Part shown: positions 23,262 to 32,704 of the stretch, piece by piece
Layout: the number at the start of each line of letters is the position of its first letter
Position numbering within the stretch: position 1 is the first letter of the stretch
Assembly (NCBI GenBank): GCA_963675965.1
Contig: OY780935.1
Span: 1,602,059 to 1,666,058 of the forward strand
DNA from: an uncultured Celeribacter sp.
GTDB taxonomy: Bacteria > Pseudomonadota > Alphaproteobacteria > Rhodobacterales > Rhodobacteraceae
Length of the DNA stretch: 64,000 bases
Reading direction: 5' to 3'
Made by a program: the position numbers and the translations under genes
Notes under the pieces: model-generated
Databases searched by the model: none
Told to the model about the DNA's origin: nothing
Seen by the model: only the letters and a program-made list of their open reading frames with translations

Positions 23262-24427
23262 TGTCCGGCAACTGCATTATGACCATTAACGCCGGGTCAT
23301 CCTCGGTGAAATTCGCGCTCTACGAGGTCGCGGAGGTGCCACAACAGATCGCGCGCGGTCAGGTCGAAGGCATCGGCGCCACGCCCAGCTTTCGCTTCAA
23401 GTCCGGCGGCCCCGAAGGGCGCAAAGAGATCGACGCCCCCGACCAGGACGCCGCTTTAGCGGTGATCTTGCAGGAAATCACCCCGCTCTTGTCGGGCCGC
23501 GAAGTGGTCGGCGTCGGCCACCGGATCGTGCATGGTGGCCCGCTGAGAGCCACACCGACAGAGCTGACCGAAGACGTTCTGGCCGATCTCGCGACCTTCA
23601 ATCCGCTGGCGCCGCTGCACCAGCCCAACAACCTCTCTGCCGTTGGGGCCGCGCAACGCGCCTTTCCCTATGCGCTGCAGATCGGCTGTTTCGACACGGC
23701 CTTTCACCGCAACCACCCTTGGGAAAACGATATCTACGCGATCCCGCGCAAATTCTACAAACAGGGTGTCAAACGCTACGGGTTTCACGGGCTGAGCTAT
23801 GACTACGTGTCTCACCAGCTGATCCGCGAACGCCCCGATTTGCATGGCAAACGCATCATCATCTGTCATCTGGGCAGCGGCGCCTCAATCTGCGCGGTCA
23901 ACGGCGGGCATTCGATTTCTTCCTCCATGGGATTCTCGCCGCTCGATGGCATCCCCATGTCGACGCGCTCCGGCCATCTCGATCCCGGCATTCTGCTCTA
24001 TCTGATGGAAACCGAAGGCATGAGCGTGCAGGAGCTGACCCATATGCTCTATCACGAATCCGGCCTTCTGGGCCTGTCCGGCATCAGCCATGACATGCAG
24101 GTGCTGGAAGGGTCGGACGAACAAGGCGCCAAAGACGCGGTTGAATATTTCGTTTACCGTGTCCGGCGTGAAATCGGCGCCATGGCGGCGACGCTCTCAG
24201 GCATCGACGCTTTGGTGTTCTGCGGCGGCATCGGCGAAAACTCTCCCAACATTCGTGGCCAGATCATCGAACGGCTCGGTTTTCTGGGCATCACCCCCGA
24301 TGAGGCGGCGAATGCCCGAAACGCCAAGGAGATCGCCACGGGGCCGACCCCGGTCTTTGTCCTGCCCACAGACGAAGAACAGGTGATCGCCGACGCCGTG
24401 TCCAAGGCGCTGACGCCAATGCATTGA
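23261..24427 (+). CDS. ackA: acetate kinase
   Basis: IMTINAGSSSVKFALYEV, VGHRIVHGG, RYGFHGLSY and FCGGIGENS motifs. TAATG stop/start overlap with the pta-fusion gene. Confidence 0.9.
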   Translation: MSGNCIMTINAGSSSVKFALYEVAEVPQQIARGQVEGIGATPSFRFKSGGPEGRKEIDAPDQDAALAVILQEITPLLSGREVVGVGHRIVHGGPLRATPTELTEDVLADLATFNPLAPLHQPNNLSAVGAAQRAFPYALQIGCFDTAFHRNHPWENDIYAIPRKFYKQGVKRYGFHGLSYDYVSHQLIRERPDLHGKRIIICHLGSGASICAVNGGHSISSSMGFSPLDGIPMSTRSGHLDPGILLYLMETEGMSVQELTHMLYHESGLLGLSGISHDMQVLEGSDEQGAKDAVEYFVYRVRREIGAMAATLSGIDALVFCGGIGENSPNIRGQIIERLGFLGITPDEAANARNAKEIATGPTPVFVLPTDEEQVIADAVSKALTPMH

Positions 24428-24441
24428 GGCTGCAAGGCAGT

Positions 24442-26958
24442 TCAGCCCTCAGACAGGCGCAGCACCCGCGCGGGCCGGACCGTCATGGCCCGCATCGAAA
24501 ACAGCAAAGAGGTCGCCAGAGTCATGGCGACCCCACTCAAAATGATCGCCAGCGCCGGGCCGATGGCCAGACCAAATTCCCCCTGCATCACGAAATGGAT
24601 CACGGCCCAGGCCGCCGTTGCCCCGGCGACCAGGGCAATTGCCCCTGCCCCCAGCCCGATCACCAACGCGCGCAGGGCAAAGCTCAACAGGATGGTCGCA
24701 CGGCTGGCCCCCAGTGTTTTCAGAACGGCGGTCTCAAACCGGCGGCGGTCTTCACCGGCGGCAGCGGCACCGATCAGCACAATCGCCCCGGTAACAAGCG
24801 TCGCCAGAGCCCCTAGGGTGGTGGCCGCAGCCACGCCTTTGAGCACGGAGGCCACCCGGTCGATGGCATCGCGCACCCGGATCGTGGTGATATTGGGATA
24901 GCTGCGCGACAGATCGCGGATCAACGCCGCCTCGGCCTTCGGTGCGATATAGATCGTTGCGATGAAACTGTGCGGCGCCCCCGACAGGGCCGACGGGTTC
25001 ATCGTCAGGATAAACCCCATGCCCGCGCCTGAGAAATCGACATTGCGAAACGAGGTGATCGTGCCGGTAATGTCACGCCCGAGAATATTGACGGTCATCT
25101 CATCGCCCAGAGACAGGCCCATTTCTTCGGCCTCATCTGCGGCAAAGCTGATCTGCGGCGGGCCGCTGTCGTCCGGGGGCCACCACGCGCCTGCGGTGAT
25201 CTCGGCATTGTCGGGTTTTCGGGCGGCATAGGTGATGCCGCGATCTCCGCGCAACACCCAGTGCGGGCCAGCCACCTCCTGCGCATCCTGCCCGTTGATC
25301 CGGGTGATGATGCCGCGCAGCATGGGTGCGCTTTCATGGCGGCTGACCGCCGGATCGCTGTCAAGCCGCGCCAGAACGCCCTCGATCTGATCCTTTTGAA
25401 TATCGACCACATAATAGGATGGGGCCACATCCGGCAGATCCTGCGCGATCGCGCCGCGCAGGTTGGTGTCGATCTGCCCGATCGCGGACAGAACCGTCAG
25501 CCCAAGCCCTAAAGACAGCACAACCGACACGGTTTCGCCCCCGGAACCACCCACCGCCCCGAGCGCCAAACGCAGGGGCAGGGGCCAGCGCAGATGCGAC
25601 AGGCGCCGTGCCAGCCAGGCAATGGCACGTCCCGCCAGAACCAACATGCCAAACGCCAGAGCCAGCCCCAAAAACGTCCAGAGCACCAAATCGCGGCTAT
25701 CGGAAAAGACGACTGCCGTGCCGACAAGCGCGGCGATCAGGGCTACGATGGCGATCAGATACCGCGTCCGGGGCCACCCGCTCAGCCCGAACTGCGCATC
25801 GCGATAGAGCGCCGCCGGTCGGATCTGTTCGGCCCGCGCCAAAGGCCAGAGCACGAAAATCGCGCTGGCGAGAAACCCGTAGAGCGCGGCCTCAATCAGC
25901 GGTTTGATCTGAACGCCCGTGTCGATGGGCACCGGCAGAAGCCGTTCGATCATCGGCGAAGCGATCCAGGGGACGGCAGCGCCGAGCGCCACCCCGGCGG
26001 CGATACCGATCAGCGACAACACTCCCAGCTGAAGCAGATAGGTCATCAGGACCGTGCCCCGCGTCGCGCCAAGTGTTTTCAGCGTGGCAATCGACGCGAT
26101 CTTGCGCCCCAGATAGGCCCGCACCGCCGCGGACACGCCGACACCGCCCACAGCCAGCCCCGCCAGACCGACGAGCACCAGAAACGAACTGAGACGTTCG
26201 ACAAAACTGTTGATCCCCGGCGCACCATTGCGGGCGTCACGCCAGCGAAAACCGCCCTCGGCAATCTCGCTCTGCGCGCGCTGTTTGAGCGCCTCCAGAT
26301 CGGTGCCCTCGGGCAGATCCAGACGATAGCCGGTTTCAAACAGCGTGCCCGGCGCCAGCAGGCTGCTGCCCTCAAGGGTGTTCAGCGCCACAAGGGAACG
26401 CGGGCCGAGTGTAAAGCCACTCCCCCCCGCGTCAGGTTCGCGGATCAGCGCGGCGGTATAGATGACATCAAGATCGCCAAGCTGCACACGGTCCCCCACC
26501 GACAGCCCCAGACGTTGCGCCAGAACCGGATCAAGCACCACACCGGGCGTTTCCCCATCCCCGAAAAAGGCTTGGGACAGCGGCATTTCCGGTTCCAAAG
26601 CGACCTGCCCCATCAGGGGATAGGCACCATCCACCGCTTTCACCTGCGTGAGCGCGCGATCATCGCCAAAGCGCACCATGGAACGAAAGTCCGCGATTTC
26701 CGACAAAGCGACGGACTGCGCCGCCATCCAGCTGCGTTCATCGTCACTGGCGAAACGGTATGTGAACTGCAGTTCAGCATCCCCGCCCAAAAGCGTCGCG
26801 CCTTCGCGTGTCAGCCCGGCCGAAATGCTGTCACGCACCGTGGTCACAGCCGCAATCGCAGCCACACCCAGCATCAGGCACAGCAACAGCACCCGAAAGC
26901 CCTGAACGCCCGCCCGCAATTCCCGGCGCGCCAGACGCCATGCCAGCCCCATGTTCAC
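24442..26958 (-). CDS. FtsX-family ABC transporter permease with duplicated FtsX domains (YbbP-like)
   Basis: 838 aa. It has two blocks of four hydrophobic helices, each preceded by a large soluble loop. It is coupled to the upstream ATPase by a 4-nt overlap. Confidence 0.85.
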   Translation of the reverse strand: MNMGLAWRLARRELRAGVQGFRVLLLCLMLGVAAIAAVTTVRDSISAGLTREGATLLGGDAELQFTYRFASDDERSWMAAQSVALSEIADFRSMVRFGDDRALTQVKAVDGAYPLMGQVALEPEMPLSQAFFGDGETPGVVLDPVLAQRLGLSVGDRVQLGDLDVIYTAALIREPDAGGSGFTLGPRSLVALNTLEGSSLLAPGTLFETGYRLDLPEGTDLEALKQRAQSEIAEGGFRWRDARNGAPGINSFVERLSSFLVLVGLAGLAVGGVGVSAAVRAYLGRKIASIATLKTLGATRGTVLMTYLLQLGVLSLIGIAAGVALGAAVPWIASPMIERLLPVPIDTGVQIKPLIEAALYGFLASAIFVLWPLARAEQIRPAALYRDAQFGLSGWPRTRYLIAIVALIAALVGTAVVFSDSRDLVLWTFLGLALAFGMLVLAGRAIAWLARRLSHLRWPLPLRLALGAVGGSGGETVSVVLSLGLGLTVLSAIGQIDTNLRGAIAQDLPDVAPSYYVVDIQKDQIEGVLARLDSDPAVSRHESAPMLRGIITRINGQDAQEVAGPHWVLRGDRGITYAARKPDNAEITAGAWWPPDDSGPPQISFAADEAEEMGLSLGDEMTVNILGRDITGTITSFRNVDFSGAGMGFILTMNPSALSGAPHSFIATIYIAPKAEAALIRDLSRSYPNITTIRVRDAIDRVASVLKGVAAATTLGALATLVTGAIVLIGAAAAGEDRRRFETAVLKTLGASRATILLSFALRALVIGLGAGAIALVAGATAAWAVIHFVMQGEFGLAIGPALAIILSGVAMTLATSLLFSMRAMTVRPARVLRLSEG

Positions 26959-27650
26959 GCGAGGACCTCCGCCCGGTCCGTCCCGTCCAACCGGCCATCG
27001 CGCAACCGGATCACCCGGTCGCAGCGCGCTGCCAACTCCGGTGCATGTGTCACCAGAATCAGTGTCGCCCCGTATCGGTCGCGCAGATCCATGAGCAGGT
27101 CCATGATCGCGGCGCCCGATACTCCATCGAGATTGCCTGTCGGTTCATCCGCCAGCAGGATTTCAGGACGCGGCGCAATGGCACGCGCCAGAGCGACACG
27201 CTGTTGTTCCCCGCCCGACATTTGCGCCGGGTAGTGATGCAGACGATGCGACAGTCCCACAGCCTCCAATTCGGCCCTCGCGCGATCAAAGGCGTCGGAG
27301 GCACCCGCAAGTTCCAGCGGGATCGCGACATTTTCCACGGCGGTCATGGTCGGCAAAAGGTGGAAGGATTGGAACACGACCCCCATATGATCTCTGCGGA
27401 AGCGGGCCAGAGCGTCTTCATCCATCCCGGTCAGATCCCGCCCCAGAACCGACACCTGCCCGGCACTGGCCTGTTCCAGCCCGCCCAGCACCATCAGGAG
27501 AGACGATTTGCCCGATCCAGACGGCCCCACGAGACCCAGCGTTTCCCCGCGGTCCACTTTCAGAGATATGTCGCACAGAATGTCGACCTTTCCGGCATTG
27601 CCGTCTAGGCTCAGACCGACGTCACGCAAAGAAATCAGGGGGTCGGGCAT
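26955..27650 (-). CDS. ABC transporter ATP-binding protein (YbbA/LolD-like)
   Basis: Walker A GPSGSGKSS, MSGGEQQRVALARA and ILLADEPTGNLD. I placed the start at ATG 27650 (MPDPLISLRDVGLSL). The longer track ORF adds a non-homologous Arg/Ala-rich extension. Confidence 0.9.
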   Translation of the reverse strand: MPDPLISLRDVGLSLDGNAGKVDILCDISLKVDRGETLGLVGPSGSGKSSLLMVLGGLEQASAGQVSVLGRDLTGMDEDALARFRRDHMGVVFQSFHLLPTMTAVENVAIPLELAGASDAFDRARAELEAVGLSHRLHHYPAQMSGGEQQRVALARAIAPRPEILLADEPTGNLDGVSGAAIMDLLMDLRDRYGATLILVTHAPELAARCDRVIRLRDGRLDGTDRAEVLA

Positions 27651-28377
27651 GGCAGATGTCCTTGTTTTTCCTTTCAAAGCATATGGGGCCTTGCGCCGCA
27701 GCGGCAAGCGCTGGATCGGCTCTTTTGCACGCATAAGCGCAGTTCTGTTGGCGCTGAGCGCGACGACGGGGGTCGCACTTGCAGATCCGCTGCGCATTGC
27801 CGCGCTAGGCGACAGCCTGACACAGGGCTACGGGCTGATTGCCAGCGAAGGCTTTACCGCGCAGCTGCAGGACTGGCTCGACGCCCGGCAATCAGACGTC
27901 ACCATCGTGAACGCGGGCGTCTCCGGAGACACCACTGCAGGCGGGCTTGCGCGGGTCAACTGGACGCTGTCGCCCGATATCGACGCTATGATCGTCACCT
28001 TGGGCGGCAACGATTTGCTGCGCGGCATGGACCCTTCGGCCACCCGCACGAATCTGAGTGGCGTTCTGGAGCATGCCGCAGCCAAAGAGGTGCCGGTCCT
28101 GTTGATCGGCATGCAGGCACCGGGCAATTATGGTGAAGACTACAAGGCCGCCTTTGACCGGATTTATCCCGATCTCGCCGCAGAGTATGACACGCTGTAT
28201 GTCGAAGGTTTCCTGACACCGCTGACCGAGCTCGGCCCATGGTCGGACACGCTCAAGACACATATGCAGCCCGATGGCATTCACCCCAATGCCAAGGGCG
28301 TTTCTGTCATTGTCGCAGCCATCGGCCCAGCCGTTTTGGATCTGGCGGAGCGTGCCGGGCAGATAAGTCGTGAGTGA
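27649..28377 (+). CDS. SGNH/GDSL hydrolase (TesA-like arylesterase / acyl-CoA thioesterase I)
   Basis: A signal-like segment is followed by IAALGDSLTQGYG (block I GDS), LGGND, and DGIHPN (block V). It is divergent from the ybbA-like gene, as in the E. coli tesA-ybbA arrangement. A downstream in-frame TTG is also a possible start. Confidence 0.85.
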   Translation: MADVLVFPFKAYGALRRSGKRWIGSFARISAVLLALSATTGVALADPLRIAALGDSLTQGYGLIASEGFTAQLQDWLDARQSDVTIVNAGVSGDTTAGGLARVNWTLSPDIDAMIVTLGGNDLLRGMDPSATRTNLSGVLEHAAAKEVPVLLIGMQAPGNYGEDYKAAFDRIYPDLAAEYDTLYVEGFLTPLTELGPWSDTLKTHMQPDGIHPNAKGVSVIVAAIGPAVLDLAERAGQISRE

Positions 28378-28536
28378 TCAGGGTTTGGGATGATCGTCGT
28401 ATTCGCCGGTGAGGATCCGGTTGGCGTCGCCATCAGGATCGTCGTATTGGCGAGAGCGGATCGACCAGAAAAACCCGGCCAGCCCGAGCCCGCCCAGAAA
28501 GATGGAAATGGGAATCAGGTAGACGAGTACGTTCAT
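28378..28536 (-). CDS. ccoS: cbb3 oxidase maturation protein CcoS/FixS (52 aa; below the ORF-track cutoff)
   Basis: My translation is MNVLVYLIPISIFLGGLGLAGFFWSIRSRQYDDPDGDANRILTGEYDDHPKP. ATGA overlap with the ccoI stop. It matches the FixS pattern (LIP.S...G..GL.AF.W...SGQYDD.DG...RIL). Confidence 0.85.
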   Translation of the reverse strand: MNVLVYLIPISIFLGGLGLAGFFWSIRSRQYDDPDGDANRILTGEYDDHPKP

Positions 28537-30710
28537 GATTTTCCTCTCAGCCGCAAAGCGTTCAGCGACACGGTGATCGAGCTGAAAGACATGGCCAAAG
28601 CCGCCGCCAGAGGCGTGGCGAACCCCGCCAGAGCAATCGGAATCGCGATCATGTTATAGCCTGCTGCCACGGCGAAATTTTCCTTGATCCGGCGCGTTGC
28701 CGAAACCGCGACCTGCGTCGCGCTGCCCAGCGGGGCCAGAGATTTGCCCAACAACACCATGTCGGACACCACCCGCGTTGCCTCAAGCGCAGAGGCGGGG
28801 GAAATCGAAACATGGGCGGCGGCCAGCGCGGCGGTGTCGTTCAGACCATCGCCCACCATCAGCACCTTGCGCCCCGAACGGGTCAGCTCCGCGACCCGGA
28901 AGGCCTTGGTTTCCGGCAGGCATTCCGCGTCCCATGCTTCGATCCCGACACGCTGGGCGATATCGGCCACAGCGGCAGGGGCGTCCCCAGACAACAGAAC
29001 CACATCCTTGCCCTGACGTTTCAGTGCAGCCACGGCCTCTGTCGCACCATCGCGCAGATGATCGACAAACGTGAAGGCCACAGGCGCGCCAGACCCCACC
29101 GACAGATAGGTGGCGGTTTGCGCCAATGCGGCAGCTCCGACCCAGCCCGCGCGTCCCAGACGCACGCGTTGACCGTTCCAGATGGCCTCGATCCCCTGCC
29201 CGGGCACTTCGGTCACCTCAGAAAGCGCTGCGGCCTGAACTCCCGCGTTTTGTGTCGCCTCGAACAGGGCCGAAGACAACGGATGGGCCGAACCGGATGC
29301 CAGCGCCATTGCGATGCTGCGATCCTGATCCTCAATGTCAGATAGGTTGGACAGCTCGGGCCGCCCCGCGGTCAGCGTGCCGGTCTTGTCGAACACCACG
29401 GTATCGACTTCGGCCAGACGTTCCAGCGCGGTGGCGGATTTGATCAGCATGCCCGCGCGAAACAGCCGCCCTGAGGCCGCCGTCGTGACGGCGGGAACCG
29501 CCAGCCCCAGCGCACAGGGGCAGGTGATGATCAGCACCGCCACCGCGATGTTGAGCGAATGCCGGATGTCGCCGGTTGCCGTGACCCAGCCGACAAAGGC
29601 AGCCAGCGCCAGCAAATGCACCAAGGGCGCATAGATCTGCGCAGCGCGATCCGCCAGCGAAGTGTAGCGGTTGCGCGAGGTTTCCGCCATGGCAACGAGA
29701 TCGGCCATTCGATGCAGAGAGCTGTCTTCACCCGCCGCCGTCACCTTGACGATCAGCGGTCCGGTCAGGTTGACCTCCCCGGCGGAAACGATGGTTTCCA
29801 CGGCGGCGGCTACAGGCAGGCTTTCCCCGGTCAAAAGCGACCGGTCGAGTTCCGAAGCGCCTTCGACCACGATGCCATCGACCGGCACACGTGCCCCGGG
29901 CACGACCCGCACCAGCGTACCTTTTTCCAGATCGGCAATCGACACGACCGTGCCGTCGGCCAGCGTGGCCCGCGGCACTTCCAGCGCAGCCAGTTCCTCG
30001 GCGGCGGAGCGGGCGACAGAGCGCGTGCGGTAATCCAGATAGCGCCCGGCCAGCAGGAAGAAGGTCAGCGACAAGGCCGCGTCGAAATAGGCATGCGACC
30101 CAGATTCCATCGTCTCGAACAATGACATCCCGCCCGCCAGCAGAATGGCCAGCGAAATCGGCACATCCATGTTCAGACGCTTCGCGCGCAGCGCGGTCCA
30201 GGCCGATCCGAAAAACGGCTGGGCAGCATAGGCGATCGCCGGCAGCGCAATTGCGGCCGACACCCAGTGGAACATGTCCCGGGTGGTGTCCGATGCTCCC
30301 GACCAGACCGCAATCGACAACAGCATGACATTCATCATGGCAAAGCCGGACACGGCAATGCGGGTCAGAATCGCTCGGCCCCGCCGGTCGGTTTCGGTCG
30401 CGGAAATCGCCCCAGCATCCAGTTCATAGGCCTCATAGCCCGCCTGAGTCAGTGCGGTGATCAGATCATCGACGGAGACATCTTCACCGGCTTCGACCTG
30501 GGCACGCTTGAGCGTCAGGTTCACCCGTGCGGCCCGCACGCCGGGCTGGCGCGTCAACGTCCGTTCGACGCCCGAAATGCAGGCCGCACAATAGATCGCG
30601 GGCAGCGACAGCACGAAACGTGTGTCCTGAACATCACGCGCATGGGCCGCCTCTTCGGCGGCCGGGGCAGCCACACAGGCCGGACATGCAGAAATCTGGA
30701 CTTCAGACAT
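28533..30710 (-). CDS. ccoI: copper-translocating P-type ATPase for cbb3 assembly
   Basis: N-terminal CxxC metal site, CPC in the membrane region (ITCPCALGLA), DKTGTLT phosphorylation site and GDGLNDTAAL hinge. I placed the start at ATG 30710 (MSEVQISACPAC). The alternative ATG at 30767 would overlap ccoH by 47 nt. Confidence 0.9.
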   Translation of the reverse strand: MSEVQISACPACVAAPAAEEAAHARDVQDTRFVLSLPAIYCAACISGVERTLTRQPGVRAARVNLTLKRAQVEAGEDVSVDDLITALTQAGYEAYELDAGAISATETDRRGRAILTRIAVSGFAMMNVMLLSIAVWSGASDTTRDMFHWVSAAIALPAIAYAAQPFFGSAWTALRAKRLNMDVPISLAILLAGGMSLFETMESGSHAYFDAALSLTFFLLAGRYLDYRTRSVARSAAEELAALEVPRATLADGTVVSIADLEKGTLVRVVPGARVPVDGIVVEGASELDRSLLTGESLPVAAAVETIVSAGEVNLTGPLIVKVTAAGEDSSLHRMADLVAMAETSRNRYTSLADRAAQIYAPLVHLLALAAFVGWVTATGDIRHSLNIAVAVLIITCPCALGLAVPAVTTAASGRLFRAGMLIKSATALERLAEVDTVVFDKTGTLTAGRPELSNLSDIEDQDRSIAMALASGSAHPLSSALFEATQNAGVQAAALSEVTEVPGQGIEAIWNGQRVRLGRAGWVGAAALAQTATYLSVGSGAPVAFTFVDHLRDGATEAVAALKRQGKDVVLLSGDAPAAVADIAQRVGIEAWDAECLPETKAFRVAELTRSGRKVLMVGDGLNDTAALAAAHVSISPASALEATRVVSDMVLLGKSLAPLGSATQVAVSATRRIKENFAVAAGYNMIAIPIALAGFATPLAAALAMSFSSITVSLNALRLRGKS

Positions 30711-30720
30711 CGCGGAACTC

Positions 30721-31179
30721 TCAGCGTCGGACGTGAATGACGATTCGCTGGGTGAAGGCCGTGCCATCCAGCGCCGTGGCAGTCATCCGATAGTTCCAGT
30801 TACCCGCATCCAGAACACCGGTTTCAGCCACATAGGCCTCTCCGTTGAAGGAAAACTCAGGCTCCTGATCCTGTGCCACCGTGGTCGCACGCCCCAGCGT
30901 ACCACCGATTTCAGAGACCTCCACCGGATTGCCCGCGTCGTCGCGGATGTAGACGAACAGATGTTCCTGATCGTCCACCGCCTCAACCGTCCAGCCCAGA
31001 GCCTCCTGCGCTTGCTTGTCGCGATTGAAGGTCTGAGACACGCCATAGGAGTTTGCGGTCTCGAGGCCAGGGAAGGTCCGCACGGCCTGCACGGCCATAT
31101 AGATATTCACCCCGATGATCACGGCAAAGGCAGAGACCATTCCGATCAGAACATGTTTGCCTGTGATTTCGCGTACCAC
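30721..31179 (-). CDS. ccoH: cbb3 assembly protein CcoH/FixH
   Basis: 152 aa from GTG 31179 (one nt after the ccoG stop, with GGGAAGGGA upstream). It has a single TM (ITGKHVLIGMVSAFAVIIGVNIYMAV) followed by a periplasmic domain. Position and size fit FixH. Confidence 0.8.
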   Translation of the reverse strand: MVREITGKHVLIGMVSAFAVIIGVNIYMAVQAVRTFPGLETANSYGVSQTFNRDKQAQEALGWTVEAVDDQEHLFVYIRDDAGNPVEVSEIGGTLGRATTVAQDQEPEFSFNGEAYVAETGVLDAGNWNYRMTATALDGTAFTQRIVIHVRR

Positions 31180-31180
31180 G

Positions 31181-32626
31181 TTATTGTCCCTTCCCGTTGA
31201 ACACCGTTTCGACGGAAACGCGTTCGTTTGCGACGCCATCTTCGACCCAGAACGAAAATTCCGTCCGATCCGATTGCGCCGCTTTCGACCCTGCTGGGGC
31301 TTCCACATAGGCCCGCACGATGCGCATTTCGTCGGCATTCACGGCAATCGTGTCGCCAGCATCATTGTCCGCGCCCTGCAGGCTGACTCGCAATGTGTCG
31401 TCACCGGTGACGCTAACACGGAACTCACGGGTTTCACCATGCTTGTTGCGCAGACGCAGATCGTAAATATTGCGGATCGCGCCATCCGACTGCATCACAT
31501 AGGTCGGGTTGCGGACCGGGGCCACGGTCATGTCGATGTCAGAGCGCACGAAAAGCGCAAAGACCAGACCGATGCCGACCGCCGACCACAGCACGGTGTA
31601 GAGGATCGTGCGCGGGCGAAAAATATGTTTCCAGATAGGTTTCGGTGCCTCACCGGACACTTCGCGCGGCTCATCCGTCAGCGCCATATAGTCGATCAGC
31701 CCGCGCGGTTTGCCGACCTTGTCCATCATGTCGTTGCAGGCATCAATGCAGAGCGCGCAGGTGATGCATTCCAGCTGCTGACCGTCGCGGATGTCGATAC
31801 CCATAGGGCAGACGTTCACGCAGGCCATGCAATCGATGCAATCGCCCAGCGCCTCAGCGCCCTCGCCCTTGCGGTGCTTGCCGCGCGGCTCGCCCCGCCA
31901 ATGGCGATAGCCGACGGTCAGCGTATCTTCGTCCATCATCGCGGCCTGAATACGCGGCCATGGGCAAGCGTAGATACAGACCTGTTCGCGCGCCACGCCA
32001 CCAAAGAAGAAGGTCGTCGCGGTCAGAACCGCCATGGTCATATAGGCAACCGGATGGGCGTTCCCGGTAACCAGATCGACCAGCAGCGTCGGCGCATCGG
32101 TAAAATAGAACACCCAGGCCCCGCCGGTCGCCAGACCGATCAAGATCCACGCGACATATTTGGTGATCCGCAGCCGAACCTTACGCGCGTCCCATTTTTT
32201 CTGACGGTGCAGGCGCAGACGGGCGTTGCGGTCGCCTTCGATCCAGCGCTCGACCAGAATGAACAGGTCCGTCCAAACGGTCTGCGGGCAAGCATAGCCA
32301 CACCAGACACGACCAGCCGCCGAAGTAAACAGAAACAGTCCCAGTCCCGCCATGATCAACAAGCCTGCAATGAAATAGAATTCGTGCGGCCAGATTTCGA
32401 TCCAGAAGAAAAAGAAGCGACGATGCGCGAGATCGATCAGAATCGCCTGATCGGGCAATTCGGGTCCACGGTCCCAGCGAATCCAAGGGGACAGGTAATA
32501 GATCCCCAGCGTCACGATCATGATGACCCATTTCAGGCTGCGGAATTTGCCTTTGACCCGGCGCGGAAAAATCGGCTCGCGCGCGGCGTAAAGTTTGTTT
32601 TCGGGGGAGTTGTCGGTGGAGCTCAT
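31181..32626 (-). CDS. ccoG: cbb3 assembly 4Fe-4S ferredoxin-type membrane protein CcoG/FixG
   Basis: Two ferredoxin Cys clusters (CIDCMACVNVCP and CITCALCIDACN) plus N-terminal TM helices with CGYACP. Confidence 0.9.
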   Translation of the reverse strand: MSSTDNSPENKLYAAREPIFPRRVKGKFRSLKWVIMIVTLGIYYLSPWIRWDRGPELPDQAILIDLAHRRFFFFWIEIWPHEFYFIAGLLIMAGLGLFLFTSAAGRVWCGYACPQTVWTDLFILVERWIEGDRNARLRLHRQKKWDARKVRLRITKYVAWILIGLATGGAWVFYFTDAPTLLVDLVTGNAHPVAYMTMAVLTATTFFFGGVAREQVCIYACPWPRIQAAMMDEDTLTVGYRHWRGEPRGKHRKGEGAEALGDCIDCMACVNVCPMGIDIRDGQQLECITCALCIDACNDMMDKVGKPRGLIDYMALTDEPREVSGEAPKPIWKHIFRPRTILYTVLWSAVGIGLVFALFVRSDIDMTVAPVRNPTYVMQSDGAIRNIYDLRLRNKHGETREFRVSVTGDDTLRVSLQGADNDAGDTIAVNADEMRIVRAYVEAPAGSKAAQSDRTEFSFWVEDGVANERVSVETVFNGKGQ

Positions 32627-32690
32627 GGAGCGTTGCCTTCTCGCACTGTTCGCGTTTGCCCCTTATTGCGGGCGGTCTCAGGTCGGAGCC

Positions 32691-32704
32691 TTGATGTGGA
32701 TCAA
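32691..32704. promoter_or_regulatory. FNR/FnrL box upstream of ccoG
   Basis: TTGATgtggATCAA is a perfect match to TTGAT-N4-ATCAA. It is centred about 71 bp upstream of the ccoG ATG. Confidence 0.7.

Noticed and set aside
25594-27234. A very long plus-strand ORF (546 aa) opposite the FtsX permease/ATPase genes. Similar long ORFs occur at 31115..32725 (+), 9397..10815 (+), 59534..60826 (-), 12769..13812 (-), 42413..43354 (-) and 8134..9240 (+).
   Set aside because: These are shadow ORFs typical of GC-rich DNA. Their products are Arg/Gly/Pro/His-rich with no recognisable motifs, and each lies antisense to a gene with clear family signatures and operon-consistent start/stop overlaps.
28390-28659. 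An 89-aa plus-strand ORF after the tesA-like gene.
   Set aside because: It lies antisense to ccoS and the 3' end of ccoI. The minus strand encodes a clear FixS/CcoS peptide coupled to ccoI.
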